A DNA stretch of 63,217 bases, counting the filler, from Licmophora abbreviata (lineage: Eukaryota), in assembly GCA_900291995.1 (NCBI GenBank). It is 12 parts of 12 records of this genome, joined end to end, with 100 filler letters (N's around TTAATTAATTAA, not from the genome) between each part and the next. Parts side by side here need not be neighbours in the genome. Positions count along the whole stretch, not along the records: positions 34,431 to 37,362 come from OLMU01000349.1; positions 37,463 to 40,740 come from OLMU01000350.1; positions 40,841 to 50,057 come from OLMU01000351.1; 9 more parts are not named here. One strand, given 5' to 3'. The notes under the pieces were generated by a model, which saw only the letters and a list, made by a program, of their open reading frames with translations, was not told the origin of the DNA and searched no databases. Both the position numbers and the translations under genes were made by a program. Positions 35,396 through 46,875 of this stretch are shown here, piece after piece. Within the stretch, counting starts at the first letter, position 1. Every line of letters starts with the position of its first letter.

Positions 35396-37147
35396 TTTGG
35401 TATTAGAAATCCGTAGAAAATCAGACAGTGTTGCCAATTTGGATTTTTTCGCGTGGATGCTGATGTGAGCGGTTGCAGACCGTTCAAATCAGCAGAGCGC
35501 TTGGTATCCACGTATCTTTCGAGATGCTTCTCTTCGTCTCGCAACAGCACTCGAACCGCACTCTCGTGCATATCGTTACCAGCGTAGTTGACATTGAGTA
35601 CATAGACATTTTTCATCTTTTCATCGGCCTCGTAGAACCCTAGTATATCCTCGTTCATTCTCAAGAGGGAAGCCAAAGGGTTGACACGGAGCTTAGACGT
35701 ACAGGAATTGACGAGAAGCTCACTGTTGAATCGATTGACATCAATGATCGGTTCGTCTTGTTCCTCATCACTTTCGTCGCCGTCAGCCACTATAGTGGTC
35801 TCGCCCTCCCCCTCATCTTGCTCCAGCAATTCCGAGTCGACCGGCTTGCTCAACACGGGCGGTACTATGCTTCCCGCGCCACATTGCGCAATAAATTCCT
35901 TTACATCATTCAACAAATGTGTATCCAACAATTGGTCGAGTTGCTCAGGAGCCCTAGAAGAAGCAAAAGAAGTGTCAGAAGAGCCGTTCGATACGAGCGA
36001 TTCCCGCCAGGCTGTCTTTTTCAAGAGAAAGTGTTGCAGCGCCTGACACGTTACGGCTGCGTAGTTCGTCGCCATGAGTGATATATTGATGGATACGCCA
36101 GGTTCAAGAACCTCTACTTTATGCCAGATTCCTATGTTGCGTAGAGTGACGAAGGCATCAAGAATAAGCTGGAGCAACGAGAGCGAATTCGGTGACCGTC
36201 TCGTATCCCCCCGCCAACACGTACCGGCCGGATGGTACAGTATATCCCCGGGTTGCAAGACGACGTCGTCCACAACCCCCTCCGCATTGCGGGTGCCCTC
36301 TTTTGGTTGTCCGAATTCAAAGCGCGGATTGCTGAGATGCGCCGCTTTCAATTGTGACTCGACCGCCTCGGGTGCCGCATAGTGCGGCGTACAACCTCGC
36401 ATCGGGTGCTCGACCACACCCCTCTGGAACGACCATCTCTTGGACCCACTCAGTTGCAGCGTAAAATTTTCTTGAAAGTCATAGTGCCAGTCCGTCGTGT
36501 GTTGCTGTTGTTCTGACGATGGAGTCATGAACACTTCTACTTCACCTCTTCCAAGTGCCATGCTCCGTTCGTTGTCGTACTGCCCACAGCCCATGCCGGT
36601 GGCACGGAGCATGTGCCGAACCAAGGGCTGTTCCACTTGGGGAGACGCACGGCAGTACGTCGCATGACCAGCACGATAGAGTGACAAGGCCGTCTCAAAA
36701 TTATCCACCTCGATACTTTCAATCATCCTATTGTTGTTATTGCGATGATTCGTCAAAAGCCATACAAAGACGCTTTTCGCTGCTCGTTTCTCGCAGAATA
36801 TGTGACGGGTCCAGATGTTCCATGGCCTCCAGAATGGGCTCCAAGCGGTGAATTCCAGGCGAAGAGACATGAAGCGCTTTGCCCTTTCGAAAGTGATTGT
36901 TGAGAAAGTCTGTGGGTGACAACGGATGAATGAGGGCAGCAAAGAAGCTGTTGGAGTCGTCCGTGGTGAAATCCAAGATGGGCGGCACATCAGTCTCCGC
37001 CGTTTCCGGGCTCAAGGTTACTTTCGAGACAGGACTAAGACCGACATTCTTCTTATTGCATTTGTCATCACTATCATGAACAGACTCTCGAGGTCTCTTG
37101 GAAGGACGTTGGGTATCGTCGTCGCAGTGGATGATGGATGCCATCAT
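35392..37147 (-). CDS. JmjC 2-oxoglutarate oxygenase (RIOX/NO66/RoxA-like); intron 36132-36224; apparent 1-nt insertion near 36775
   Basis: LIHPLSPTDFLNNHF, WHYDFQENFTLQLSGSKRW, LQPGDILYHPAG|IWH (HxD...H triad). Confidence 0.85.
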
Positions 37148-37462
37148 CGTCGCGTCTCGTTTTGGATCTTTTTTTTTCTGTGTGTGTGTGTGATGGATCG
37201 TTCGACTCTGAAAGGAGGATGAGTGGCCATCCTGCACCGAGCGGCGATATCAGGTCAGACGGACAGAATTATGGCGCGCCACACCAAAAAGTCGCGTGTC
37301 AACCACACAACAAACAACAAAAACGCGGCCATCATGACGACCACCATGCTGGCGGATAGTAGNNNNNNNNNNNNNNNNNNNNNNNNNNNNNNNNNNNNNN
37401 NNNNNNTTAATTAATTAANNNNNNNNNNNNNNNNNNNNNNNNNNNNNNNNNNNNNNNNNNNN

Positions 37463-40453
37463 ATAGTAGCCCATCATCTTCATGCCGTTTGATTCATCAT
37501 GGAGCTGCTGCAACGTCCTCGGCACATTCATTGGTGTGGATGTCATCATCATCATCATCATCATCATCATCGATTGGTTCTGAGATTGCCTATGCCGCCC
37601 ATGGCAATGTGAATCTGTGTCGAAAAGTCGTGGTTGTGCAGCCATCACCATCGACCGAACAGCAGCAAGGCGAGCCTGTCTGGACCGTTCAGAGAACTCT
37701 TCGAACGAGTATTCCATCATCGGATGCGTCCAAGCGTGTTATCACATGTCTGTCTTTCATTTCTTCGGGACCTACTACTACGACTACGACACAGCAGGCA
37801 CTCCTGGCTTGTGGATTCTCGGATGGATCCGTCACTGTATGGTGGCGCAAAACCAATTCGAAAGAAGACACATGGACGGAACAGCCGGTTCGAATCTCAA
37901 ATGCCTTAGACCGCTTTTCCATTACCGACTTGGCGGGCTATCTACTGCACCAAGAAGAAGCAGAGGATCATCGGCGTCTGCTACTCGTCACATGCTCTGC
38001 CCGTGGTGCAACGATTCTGAACATACCGGAGGAATCTCATCTGGAAGCTTCTCCTGATGCGGATAGTACAGTCATCACGCACTTCTCCTTAGTAACGTCA
38101 AGTGCCGCCAACACGGTTCATATGACTCGACTCGCGACCACAAATCAGCTCGTTGTCTTGATTGGAACGGCGGCTCCTCGACACAACAAGATTCATGTGT
38201 ATGCGTGCGATTGTAACAGTAACAGCCACAAAGAGCACACCTTGATTCATCACGTGGGGTCGTTGATTGGACATGAAGACTGGATTAGTTGTTTTGCGTG
38301 GTCCATGGGAGAAGTAGCACCATTGATGGCGAGTGGCAGTCAGGACGCTAGAATTCGTCTGTGGCAGTTTTCGACGGTTGAGGGAGAGGTGGTAGAAGGC
38401 AACATCAGCAATCTAAATAACAACACTGTGGAAGCTCCTGATGATGATGATAATGATGATGATGATGGGTTCATGGAGGAGGAGGAAGAAGAGGGTGAAG
38501 CGCGATTGGAATGGACACATTCGGAAGGAACGACTCGTGTGACTTTGGAAGCGTTGCTCTTTGGCCACGAAGAAGCTGTTACTTCGGTTCACTGGCATCC
38601 CAACGCCATGGCAACGTACAACCAAGAATCGATTCTCATTTCGTCCAGCATGGATCGCACATTATTGATTTGGGCACCTGTGGGAGATGGTGGTGTGTGG
38701 ACTTCTCTGACTCGAGTCGGAGGCGCGGGGGGTATCTTGGGCGGATCGGTCGGGTCAAGCCTGGCTGGGTTTGTCGGTGCCGCCGTAGAGCCCGTTACCG
38801 GCGACTGTCTCGTGGGACATGCCTATGGTGGCTCACTTCATTTTTGGTCACTGGATCAGGAGAAGGATGTTACTGATGAGGCCGTATCGGTAGAAGACAT
38901 GACGCTTCTAAACACGTGGCGGGCGAGGCCATGCATCACGGGTCACTTTGGCCCCGTGATCGATTTGTGCTGGGAAGCCGAGTCGGGAGAATACTTGCTG
39001 ACTGTAAGCGAGGACCAAACGTGTCGGCTATGGGCCCCAGTGCAGATACGTGACTCTCAGGATGAACATGCATGGGTCGAGTTGGCCAGGCCACAAGTCC
39101 ATGGATATGACTTGACAGCCATTGCGTCCATCTCTTCGCCGCAACATCGACATCTCCTGGTGAGCGGGGCCGACGAGAAGGAACTGCGTGTATTTGACGC
39201 GCCTCTGAGCACTGTAAGAGCCCTTGAAAAGTATTGCTCGGGAGCTGTGCAGGAATCTAGCAGTGTCACGCGACGAGTGGAACGGGCTTTCATTCCATCT
39301 CTGGGTCTGAGCAACAAGGCATCAGCCGCAGACCGCGTGGAGCAAGTCGATGGTGGCCACGAGATGACACCTGACCTTCAGGACGAATCATCGTCAATGG
39401 AACCGGCACGACTTTCTCTAGAGCGGGACTTGGGCTGCCTATCGCTGTGGCCAGAAGTCCGAAAGCTTTTCGGGCACGATACTGAGCTGTTTTGCTTGGC
39501 ATCGACTGTTGCAGCTCGGTCAGGACCACTGTCTCCTCCGAGTCCTTTCACAAAAGACTTGTTGGTAGCCTCGTCAGCCAAAGCTCGAGATGTCGACAAT
39601 GCTTCTATTCGTCTTTGGGACGTCGAGAAGGGAAAGTGCATGCAAGTCTTGTCGGTGAGTGTGCTTGGTCGAAGTCATTGAAATGCATTGCTCGTCGCTG
39701 ACCACGAAAAGTCTTAACCTTGATGTTTCCGGATCTTTTTAGGGAGGACACCGTTCCACAGTAGCTACATTGAGCTTTTCGTCGGACGGTCGATTTCTGG
39801 TAAGTGTCATATCTATTTCTATGTATCTGTTGAAATTACTTGTCACTCACTCCTGTGATATAACACAGGCATCATCGGGCAAGGACCGACGGCTGTGTCT
39901 GTGGCAAAGGACATCTGAAACGTCGGTACCTTTCTCTCTTGCATCTGCCGTGGACTCAGCTCACAAACGTATCGTCTGGAGTGTTGACTTTTGTCCATAC
40001 AGTCCAGAAGTCCTGGCGTCGGGCTCACGGGATGGATGTGTCAAGATATGGAGAGTTGTTGAGACTTCCCAAGATGGCACTAAAACTACCAGTCTACACG
40101 AAGCCTACAGTTTCGAACCGTCGTATCGAACCGGCAAAAAGCCCGAGTCCGTGACCTCACTTGCGTTTGCCCCCGTCCAAGTCTCGTCTGGTTTGACCGT
40201 CCTCGCGATAGGACTCGAGTGTGGAATGATCGAGTTTTGGTCCATCCCTTTGGACAACACCAATGAATCATGTCAGTTGCTGCATGGGGTCTCCCACAAC
40301 GATTCGCACATTGCCACAGTGACTAAACTTGCATGGAGGCCAGTTCGATCTAATGAGCAGAGTGGGAAGCGTTCGGTAAAGTTGATCCTTGCGAGTGCCA
40401 GCGCGGATCATGGATGTCGATTGTACAGTGTTTCGTTTGGGGCGAATGAGTAG
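37463..40453 (+). CDS. ELP2: Elongator complex subunit 2 (WD40); introns 39655-39742 and 39800-39868; 5' end near a gap
   Basis: GHEDWI, SGSQDARIRLW, EALLFGHE, SEDQTCRLW, ELARPQVHGYD, SGADEKELRVF, PSLGLSNKA, LWPEVRKLFGH, AHKRIVW. Confidence 0.94.
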
Positions 40454-40558
40454 TTCCGAATCGCTAGGTCTAGAATTAAACCTTCGTGTGGGAACAGTTA
40501 TAGGCCCTCGTGTTGAGCTTCAATGCCGGCGAGAGCGAGGATGTGCAAACAAAGGCTA

Positions 40559-41025
40559 ACTTAATCACAACATTAGCATGCATCAAGCACTTGTCCAAGC
40601 TATGCCAGTAGAGACGAAAGCATGTAGGTCGGATGAACTGAGCAATATCATACGGACGAGAGGCCCAGGACGCGATTGATCAAGAACGAGCGCAAAAGCG
40701 CGGCACCCGCGCGAAACCGGCGACGCCGCTGCGCGATGATNNNNNNNNNNNNNNNNNNNNNNNNNNNNNNNNNNNNNNNNNNNNTTAATTAATTAANNNN
40801 NNNNNNNNNNNNNNNNNNNNNNNNNNNNNNNNNNNNNNNNACTTAATCACAACATAAGCATGCATCAAGCACTTGTCCAAGCTATGCCAGTAGAGACGAA
40901 AGCATGTAGGTCGGATCAACTGAGCAATACCGACGAGAGGCCCAGGACGCGATTTCGAGATTGATCAAGAACGAACGTAAAAGCGCGGCACCCGCGCGAA
41001 ACCGGCGACGCCGCTGCGCGATGAT
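40559..41025. repeat. Near-identical duplicated segment on both sides of a gap (40559-40740 vs 40841-41025)
   Basis: Same text ACTTAATCACAACAT...GCTGCGCGATGAT on both sides, with a few SNPs and small indels. Confidence 0.92.
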
Positions 41026-41122
41026 GCGAACGCGGCATGATGGCGGCCATGCAGTATTGTCGCCGCGACAACAACACATCATCTTGCAAACCTCTGTGGT
41101 TCCCTGTACAGTTCCCACCACC

Positions 41123-41866
41123 ATGGTCCTCATCCACCGCGGTCGTTCGTGCCTATTGGCGTTGAAATTGCCGCTACTGAGAATCCGCCGATCCTTCTTT
41201 GCGAATCCCTGTTCGACAGATCACTCGCATCTCTTGAAGAACGCGTCCATCCAACGAATAGGCAACGACGCATACGGCTCTCGAGAATACGCCTTGGTCC
41301 CCGAGGGGGTCTCATTCGACATGCTACAGCATGACAAGAAGCTGAAGCTGGCCAGTTTGTATGCGCACAGGAATATCGTGTTTGGGGCCCGAGTTGTCAA
41401 TCCCAATCTGGGATCCATGAGTGACGTCTGTGGGCCCTTGTTGTCTGCGGCGCTGCGAGATGCGTCGGAACAAGGAGAACAACCCCAAGCCATGGCCACC
41501 TTGCATGGTCTCTGTGAGTGGGTAGCTCGTGGTGTTGACGATGATAGTGAGGATCCAGAAGAGATTGTTGCTTTGCAGGAGTTGAGAAAACTCGAGGATG
41601 GTGGTGTTGCGTACGAGGCTGTCAAGGCCATGGCCACGGGGATTCCAAGACCAGGGCACAGTGTGGTGGGCGTCGGGACCTATCGAGATGCCGAGACAGG
41701 GTGGGAGGCGTTAGCTCGAGAGTATGTGAAAAAGGGACTAGGCGAGGAGGTTGCCCTGTACCAAGCGAACAACGCGGAATTTGTTGCTATCGAACATCTA
41801 GCGGACCAGTCCGAGCCTTATCTCAAGAGTGCCGGTGGAGCCATGGCCCGATTCTTCTTTGTCTGA
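41123..41866 (+). CDS. Hypothetical protein, tandem paralogue 1, possible mitochondrial presequence
   Basis: Intronless ORF; Arg/Leu-rich N-terminus ending RRSFF; shares motifs with 42275-43000. Confidence 0.75.
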   Translation: MVLIHRGRSCLLALKLPLLRIRRSFFANPCSTDHSHLLKNASIQRIGNDAYGSREYALVPEGVSFDMLQHDKKLKLASLYAHRNIVFGARVVNPNLGSMSDVCGPLLSAALRDASEQGEQPQAMATLHGLCEWVARGVDDDSEDPEEIVALQELRKLEDGGVAYEAVKAMATGIPRPGHSVVGVGTYRDAETGWEALAREYVKKGLGEEVALYQANNAEFVAIEHLADQSEPYLKSAGGAMARFFFV

Positions 41867-42274
41867 GCCTACTAGTAGAGGCTGAAAAGTTTTGCCTCAT
41901 AGTCTCCTGGTTGGAAAACACCCGATCAACGCACGAACTCGGACAATGGATCATGTGGATGATGTCGCTGCCCTGCACAATAGTCGACCTTTTGCCATGG
42001 TCGCTGCATGTGTCCATCATGGAACCCTCAACGACCGACCTAAACATAGATCTCTTTTCGCTAGTTCCTCCAGGATGCGATAAGTCGAGAACAGTACGAT
42101 CACCATAAGTCAAGAGTTGAGTGTCATCTCACACCCATTGAAGTCGACTCGTTCGAGTGAAACAATGAGCGACGACGCGAAAAGTACGACGATGCTGATG
42201 ACTTTTGAATCTCGCCACAAAATTGATGTGCTGCGATGATGCTGTGAATGCATCAGTATCATTGAAAGAGAGTC

Positions 42275-43000
42275 ATGGCATGTCGCAGATTTAGCCTCGT
42301 CTCAGTGAGAGCAATATACTCGCTCGGCAGACCGCTTTGTTCCGCAATTATTCGCTCTAGCAGTAGAAGAACCTTTTTCGCGTCCTCGACAGATCACACG
42401 AGTCTGCTTCAGACTGCAAAAGTCCACACTGTAACTCTGACCGATCCAAATAAGCGACAGTACCTCCTAGTCCCAGACGCCATGCCCCTGGAGGTTGTTC
42501 TGAAAGAGCCAAAGCTTGGATTGGCATGCTTGTATGCTGATAAGAATGTCATTTTCGGTGCCAAGGTTATCAATCGAACTCTTGGCACACCCACATATGT
42601 ATGCGCGCGACTGGTCGATACTGCTTTGGCGGATGCTGCTGCACGAGGAGACAAACCTCTACTAGCCAAGGCTAGCCTGGGTGGACTGTCTGAGTGGGTG
42701 TTGAAAGGCTTGGAGGGAGCGGAGACAATCGACAGTCTTTCCGACCTGCAGACCAAGGATGCTGTTGCATTTGCAGCTGTCAGAGCGATTGCCAGCGACG
42801 GCGCTAGACTACAGGAGGGACAAATAGCATGGCAAGGGCTCGCGACTGAATTCGCTCGAAGAGGATTGTCTCAGGAAGCTGATCTCTATACGACAAAGGG
42901 TGCGCGGCTGGTAGAGATCGAGTCGCTTGCCGATGTATCCAAGGATAACCTGCTGGACGCCGGTGGCGCTATGGCAATCTATGCCTTTTCGGAGTGCTAG
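42275..43000 (+). CDS. Hypothetical protein, tandem paralogue 2, possible mitochondrial presequence
   Basis: 241-aa ORF; presequence ending RRTFFAS; collinear similarity to 41123-41866. Confidence 0.75.
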   Translation: MACRRFSLVSVRAIYSLGRPLCSAIIRSSSRRTFFASSTDHTSLLQTAKVHTVTLTDPNKRQYLLVPDAMPLEVVLKEPKLGLACLYADKNVIFGAKVINRTLGTPTYVCARLVDTALADAAARGDKPLLAKASLGGLSEWVLKGLEGAETIDSLSDLQTKDAVAFAAVRAIASDGARLQEGQIAWQGLATEFARRGLSQEADLYTTKGARLVEIESLADVSKDNLLDAGGAMAIYAFSEC

Positions 43001-43102
43001 AGACTAATGAGATGTCGCATACTGCGATGTCAGTAAAACTTTGGTGGCTATCTCTTTCTTCATACAAATTAAGGACTACTCTGATATTTACACTGAAAAC
43101 TA

Positions 43103-44614
43103 CTAAACCCATTCACCTTTGCTTCTTCCAAACATGCCTCCGAACCTGCTCTTCTTCTTCTCGGGTTTCTTCGCAGCAGCAGTAGCCCCTCCAGAGGGGA
43201 CGGTAGTTGGTGACTTGGCACTAGCAGGCGGCGTAGGGCGAGCGGGTGGGGCTGACAATAAGGCATATGCCTTTTCTCCGACAAGTTCAGTCTCGGCATG
43301 CATGGCATCTTGTTCACCAGTGGGAGCCGGGTCGGCTTCCCTGACAGTCATTCTCTTGGGGGAAGCAGAAGCTTCGTGCACACTGGCAATCGAGGGTTCT
43401 TCTTCCACTGGAGCGACGACAACAACATCATCGGCATCTTCCGCATCAGTCGTCTTTTGAGAGGACACAAAAGAGCGAATTGCCACGAGGGGGTTATTGG
43501 GGTAGTTCAAGTCTTCCTTGGCGAGCTTGGGATAGACAAAGGCCCCCGCAACCAACGCGAGTCCACTCAACAAGAAGAACCACGACAAGACGCCCAAAAC
43601 TCGCTTGCTTGAGCTGGTCTCATAGTTTCGCTGACTTGCAAGAGCTCGCTTGATATTATGGCGGTACTCTCTAAGCTTTCCATAGGGGTCAGGGCATGCT
43701 TCGGGATACTGAAGGATGCTACAGGAGCGACTGTAGTATAGAATCGAGAGTTTGCTGAGCTGCGAAAAGTCAATCTCGCTAGTGTCATCCCCTGCCAGGT
43801 CCCGTCCTTCCTCATCGGCGTCGTAGATCTGGACGCACACCATGTCTTCAATTGCCTCGTTGAAGGAATCGAGAGAGTCAGAGGTTCCAAGGTAGTCGTT
43901 TCCGTTGCAAAAGGCTCCCTGGTACTGGTCCGTGACGAACTTTCCAGCCGAACATCCTGTGCCCGAGCTGGTGTAATAGTTGTAGTTGACCAGCTGCACG
44001 TCGTCGTCCAAGTAATCGTCGTCAGCATCTCCATAGACATACTTACTCGTGGAAGAGGAAGAGGAAGAGGAGGAAGACGACGACGAGTCGTCATTCGGAT
44101 CCTGAGCATAGCAGTAGGAGTTTGCATAGTTCGTATTCATTCCAAGCGGCCCGCCGAAGCTCTCGACGCCATGAGTGGTAAAAAACGAGTTAATGTAGGT
44201 ACTGGCAGTGCATCCATCTCCGCTACCAGCATTCTTGAGAATACCGTAGAGAGAATACGCCACATTGGCGCGAAAGCACTGCGTGCGTCCCATGTACCAA
44301 TAGTATTCTCCCCCGTATCCGCCACACCCATGCGTCGTCTGGCCTACATCGTAGTAGCCTTGACCCTGCTCGTCATACTCCGATCCAATTCCGTAGACGT
44401 TCCCGTACTTGCTCCAGACGCAGTTGCTGTAACTAATGTACAAGGACTGGAACTGGTCGAGGTCCTCCAGGACGTTCTTGGCGTCTTTCCAGTACATGGT
44501 CTCCTTCGTGTTGGGGTTCACAAAGCCGGGGTAGTAGTAATCACTGTCCTTGTTGGTATCGGCCAAGACAAGCGTGGCAATGGCCAACAGGAGACTGGCG
44601 ATGAGCTTTACCAT
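43103..44614 (-). CDS. Type-I membrane protein with Cys/Tyr/Asp/Asn-rich ectodomain
   Basis: Signal peptide MVKLIASLLLAIATLVLA; spaced Cys; poly-Ser; RDL motif; TM VLGVLSWFFLLSGLALVAGAFVY; long cytosolic tail. Confidence 0.85.
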   Translation of the reverse strand: MVKLIASLLLAIATLVLADTNKDSDYYYPGFVNPNTKETMYWKDAKNVLEDLDQFQSLYISYSNCVWSKYGNVYGIGSEYDEQGQGYYDVGQTTHGCGGYGGEYYWYMGRTQCFRANVAYSLYGILKNAGSGDGCTASTYINSFFTTHGVESFGGPLGMNTNYANSYCYAQDPNDDSSSSSSSSSSSSTSKYVYGDADDDYLDDDVQLVNYNYYTSSGTGCSAGKFVTDQYQGAFCNGNDYLGTSDSLDSFNEAIEDMVCVQIYDADEEGRDLAGDDTSEIDFSQLSKLSILYYSRSCSILQYPEACPDPYGKLREYRHNIKRALASQRNYETSSSKRVLGVLSWFFLLSGLALVAGAFVYPKLAKEDLNYPNNPLVAIRSFVSSQKTTDAEDADDVVVVAPVEEEPSIASVHEASASPKRMTVREADPAPTGEQDAMHAETELVGEKAYALLSAPPARPTPPASAKSPTTVPSGGATAAAKKPEKKKSRFGGMFGRSKGEWV

Positions 44615-45128
44615 TGCGGATGGACAAGGATCCCTTTGTCTATCTATCCACTGGTGATGCTTTACCACACTGTGGTGACTCGCTGCTTCCTGGAAGAATT
44701 CAAGAAAACGTTGAAGGACGTCGCTCGTAGTTTGCGATTCAGCGACGATTTGCGGATCTTCTCCAAAAAGACAAAAAAGTGATGTGTCCGTTCCCGATTT
44801 TCAATATTTGGCGACATGGAAATGATCCCACATGACGGTATATCTTATTTGGTCATTGTGGAAACTTTTCTCTAAACAATGCGACGCACTTAGTGTACAT
44901 GAACCGCGCTGGCCAAGCTTGGCATTGGATCTGTCAAAATTTTAGCGAGAGTTTTCAGCCGGCGCGAACTCTTTTTTCCGCTGGATTTCTCTGCGCAAAG
45001 CAAAAAGTCCGCACCTCACCACATCACACTGTCAAAAGTTGTCGCTCGTGGTGTGCTGCTGTGATTCGAAGAGATTATCACTCTCCATAGAGACCTTCTA
45101 GTGAAACACCAGAGGAAGATTAATAAGA

Positions 45129-46694
45129 ATGACCAAGGATAGCTTCCCTGATACCGGCGAGGACTGGCTGTCGCTGGGCCCGAATATGGAGTTTCAGCCG
45201 GCTTCCTTTGCCAAGGAAGATCCGTACACTGCGGCGACCTTGAAGAATGCAGTCGACCGCATTCTTTCGGGAAAGACAACGTACGCCAACGCGTACGAGA
45301 AGCAGTTCGTCGATGGTACGGAGACCTACTACAACGACCACGCACAGGCCTGGCGTCTCCTTGGATTCTACATTGACTGCAACGCGCCGCGCAACAATTA
45401 CAACGAGTGTGATAAGGGTGGCAATGAGAACAACAGGGACAACAACAACAACAACAACGAAGGAAACAACAACAACTACTACTACAGCAACCAAGCTCCG
45501 TGTCAGCGTTACCTTCTGTGGGCAGGCTACGTCGATCTCAACTATTCGGGCGGTGGAATTGGGGAGTACCAGTTTTACGATCGCAGTAAGAAATCGTGGA
45601 ACACCACCTCTTGCGTAGCCGCCAACGGACGATGCGCCAAGATGGACTGCCATCTTGAGGACACCAACTTTAAGCTGCTGGGATTCTTCAAAGAACCAAA
45701 CTACCATGAGTGGATGGAGCAGCTCTTCAAACATCAGGGTGTTTGCCTCTGGTCCGACGATGAATACGAGTTTATGCAGGTCGACCGGTACGTATCCGCG
45801 GAGGATGTAGTTGATGTGTCCCACAAGATCGATTGAACTTATGCTCACGACTCTGAACCTTTGTCGACTGCATCTTTCAGAAACCTGTGGCCTTGCGACT
45901 GTACCAACACGTACAGCAAGGACGAAAAGGGCAACTACCTTTACTACGACACCAAACCGTACGCTGAAGGTCGTATCGGACTCGGACTTTACACCGACTC
46001 AAGGTGCTCCCAAGACTATACCGGGAACAAGAACGTCGAGGACATTCTCAAGAGCTACGTCAACGGGGAGAACTATGATGGAGGAAACGGTGGTAGCAAT
46101 GACGGATCCGAAACTGCCTACGATCTGGCGTCCAGTATCGCTGAATGGAACGATGCCTTTGATGTATTCAAGGTGTGTCAACCATGCAAGGCCTACGACT
46201 TGGGATACAACAGTGATCTCTACAGTTCGTATAGGCAGGGAGGAGATGATTCCTCGTCGTCCTCGTCAGGAGCCAGCTCGTTTTCTTGTTATGACGACGC
46301 CGACTACGTCAATGTCAATCAGTGCATGAAGTTCAGGACCAAGACGGAAATGCTGACTGCCGACTTTCGCGACATTATGCTTGCCGATCAGCAAGGAACT
46401 ATTGTCGAGGTTGAAGTCATGGGCCGGACCTATGGTGATGGTGGATACGGCAGGTCAACTGGAGGCACGGGTAGCATGGGGACCAGCTTCAATGGTACCA
46501 ATGTGAAGGAAAACCCCCCAAGTTTCGGGATGATTGTCTTTTTCGGCTTTTCCCTGATGCTCTTCGTTCTTGGAGGCGTTATGGCTTGGCGAGCCAAATC
46601 TGCCAAGGACGATGAATCCCGCAAGAAGGCGTTGAAGGCTCCCCTCATGACACACGAAGAGGCGGAGCGAAACAGTACTGGTGTCATGGCGTAA
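45129..46694 (+). CDS. Cys/Asn/Tyr-rich protein with one C-terminal TM helix; intron 45788-45880; N-terminus uncertain
   Basis: LGFYIDC, poly-Asn, CQRYLLW, RCAKMDCH, EQLFKHQGVCLW, CQPCKAY, CYDDADYVNVNQCMKF, TM FGMIVFFGFSLMLFVLGGVMAW. Confidence 0.85.
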
Positions 46695-46875
46695 TGTGCA
46701 TTTTGGATGGATTTGTTGCCCAAGGTATTTGTAGGAAGATCATAAGAGTAATCGGACATATATAATTATATCACAGTAGGTAGCCAGTCGAGTAGTGCCG
46801 CAAGTAGTCTTCGAGAGTCGAATTCGTAGCATATCCCCCACTATGTACACTTTAAGTAGTATGATTGTAGTTCCT

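Noticed and set aside
37542..37571. (TCA)n microsatellite giving a poly-Met ORF on the minus strand
   Set aside because: Encodes poly-Ser near the ELP2 N-terminus; simple repeat.
40559..41025. Direct repeats as LTRs or ends of a mobile element
   Set aside because: They abut a gap, lack TG...CA ends and TSDs, and no transposon ORF is present; best explained as overlapping haplotype contig ends.
45120..45848. 242-aa minus ORF with poly-Val
   Set aside because: Antisense of the poly-Asn coding region of the plus-strand gene.
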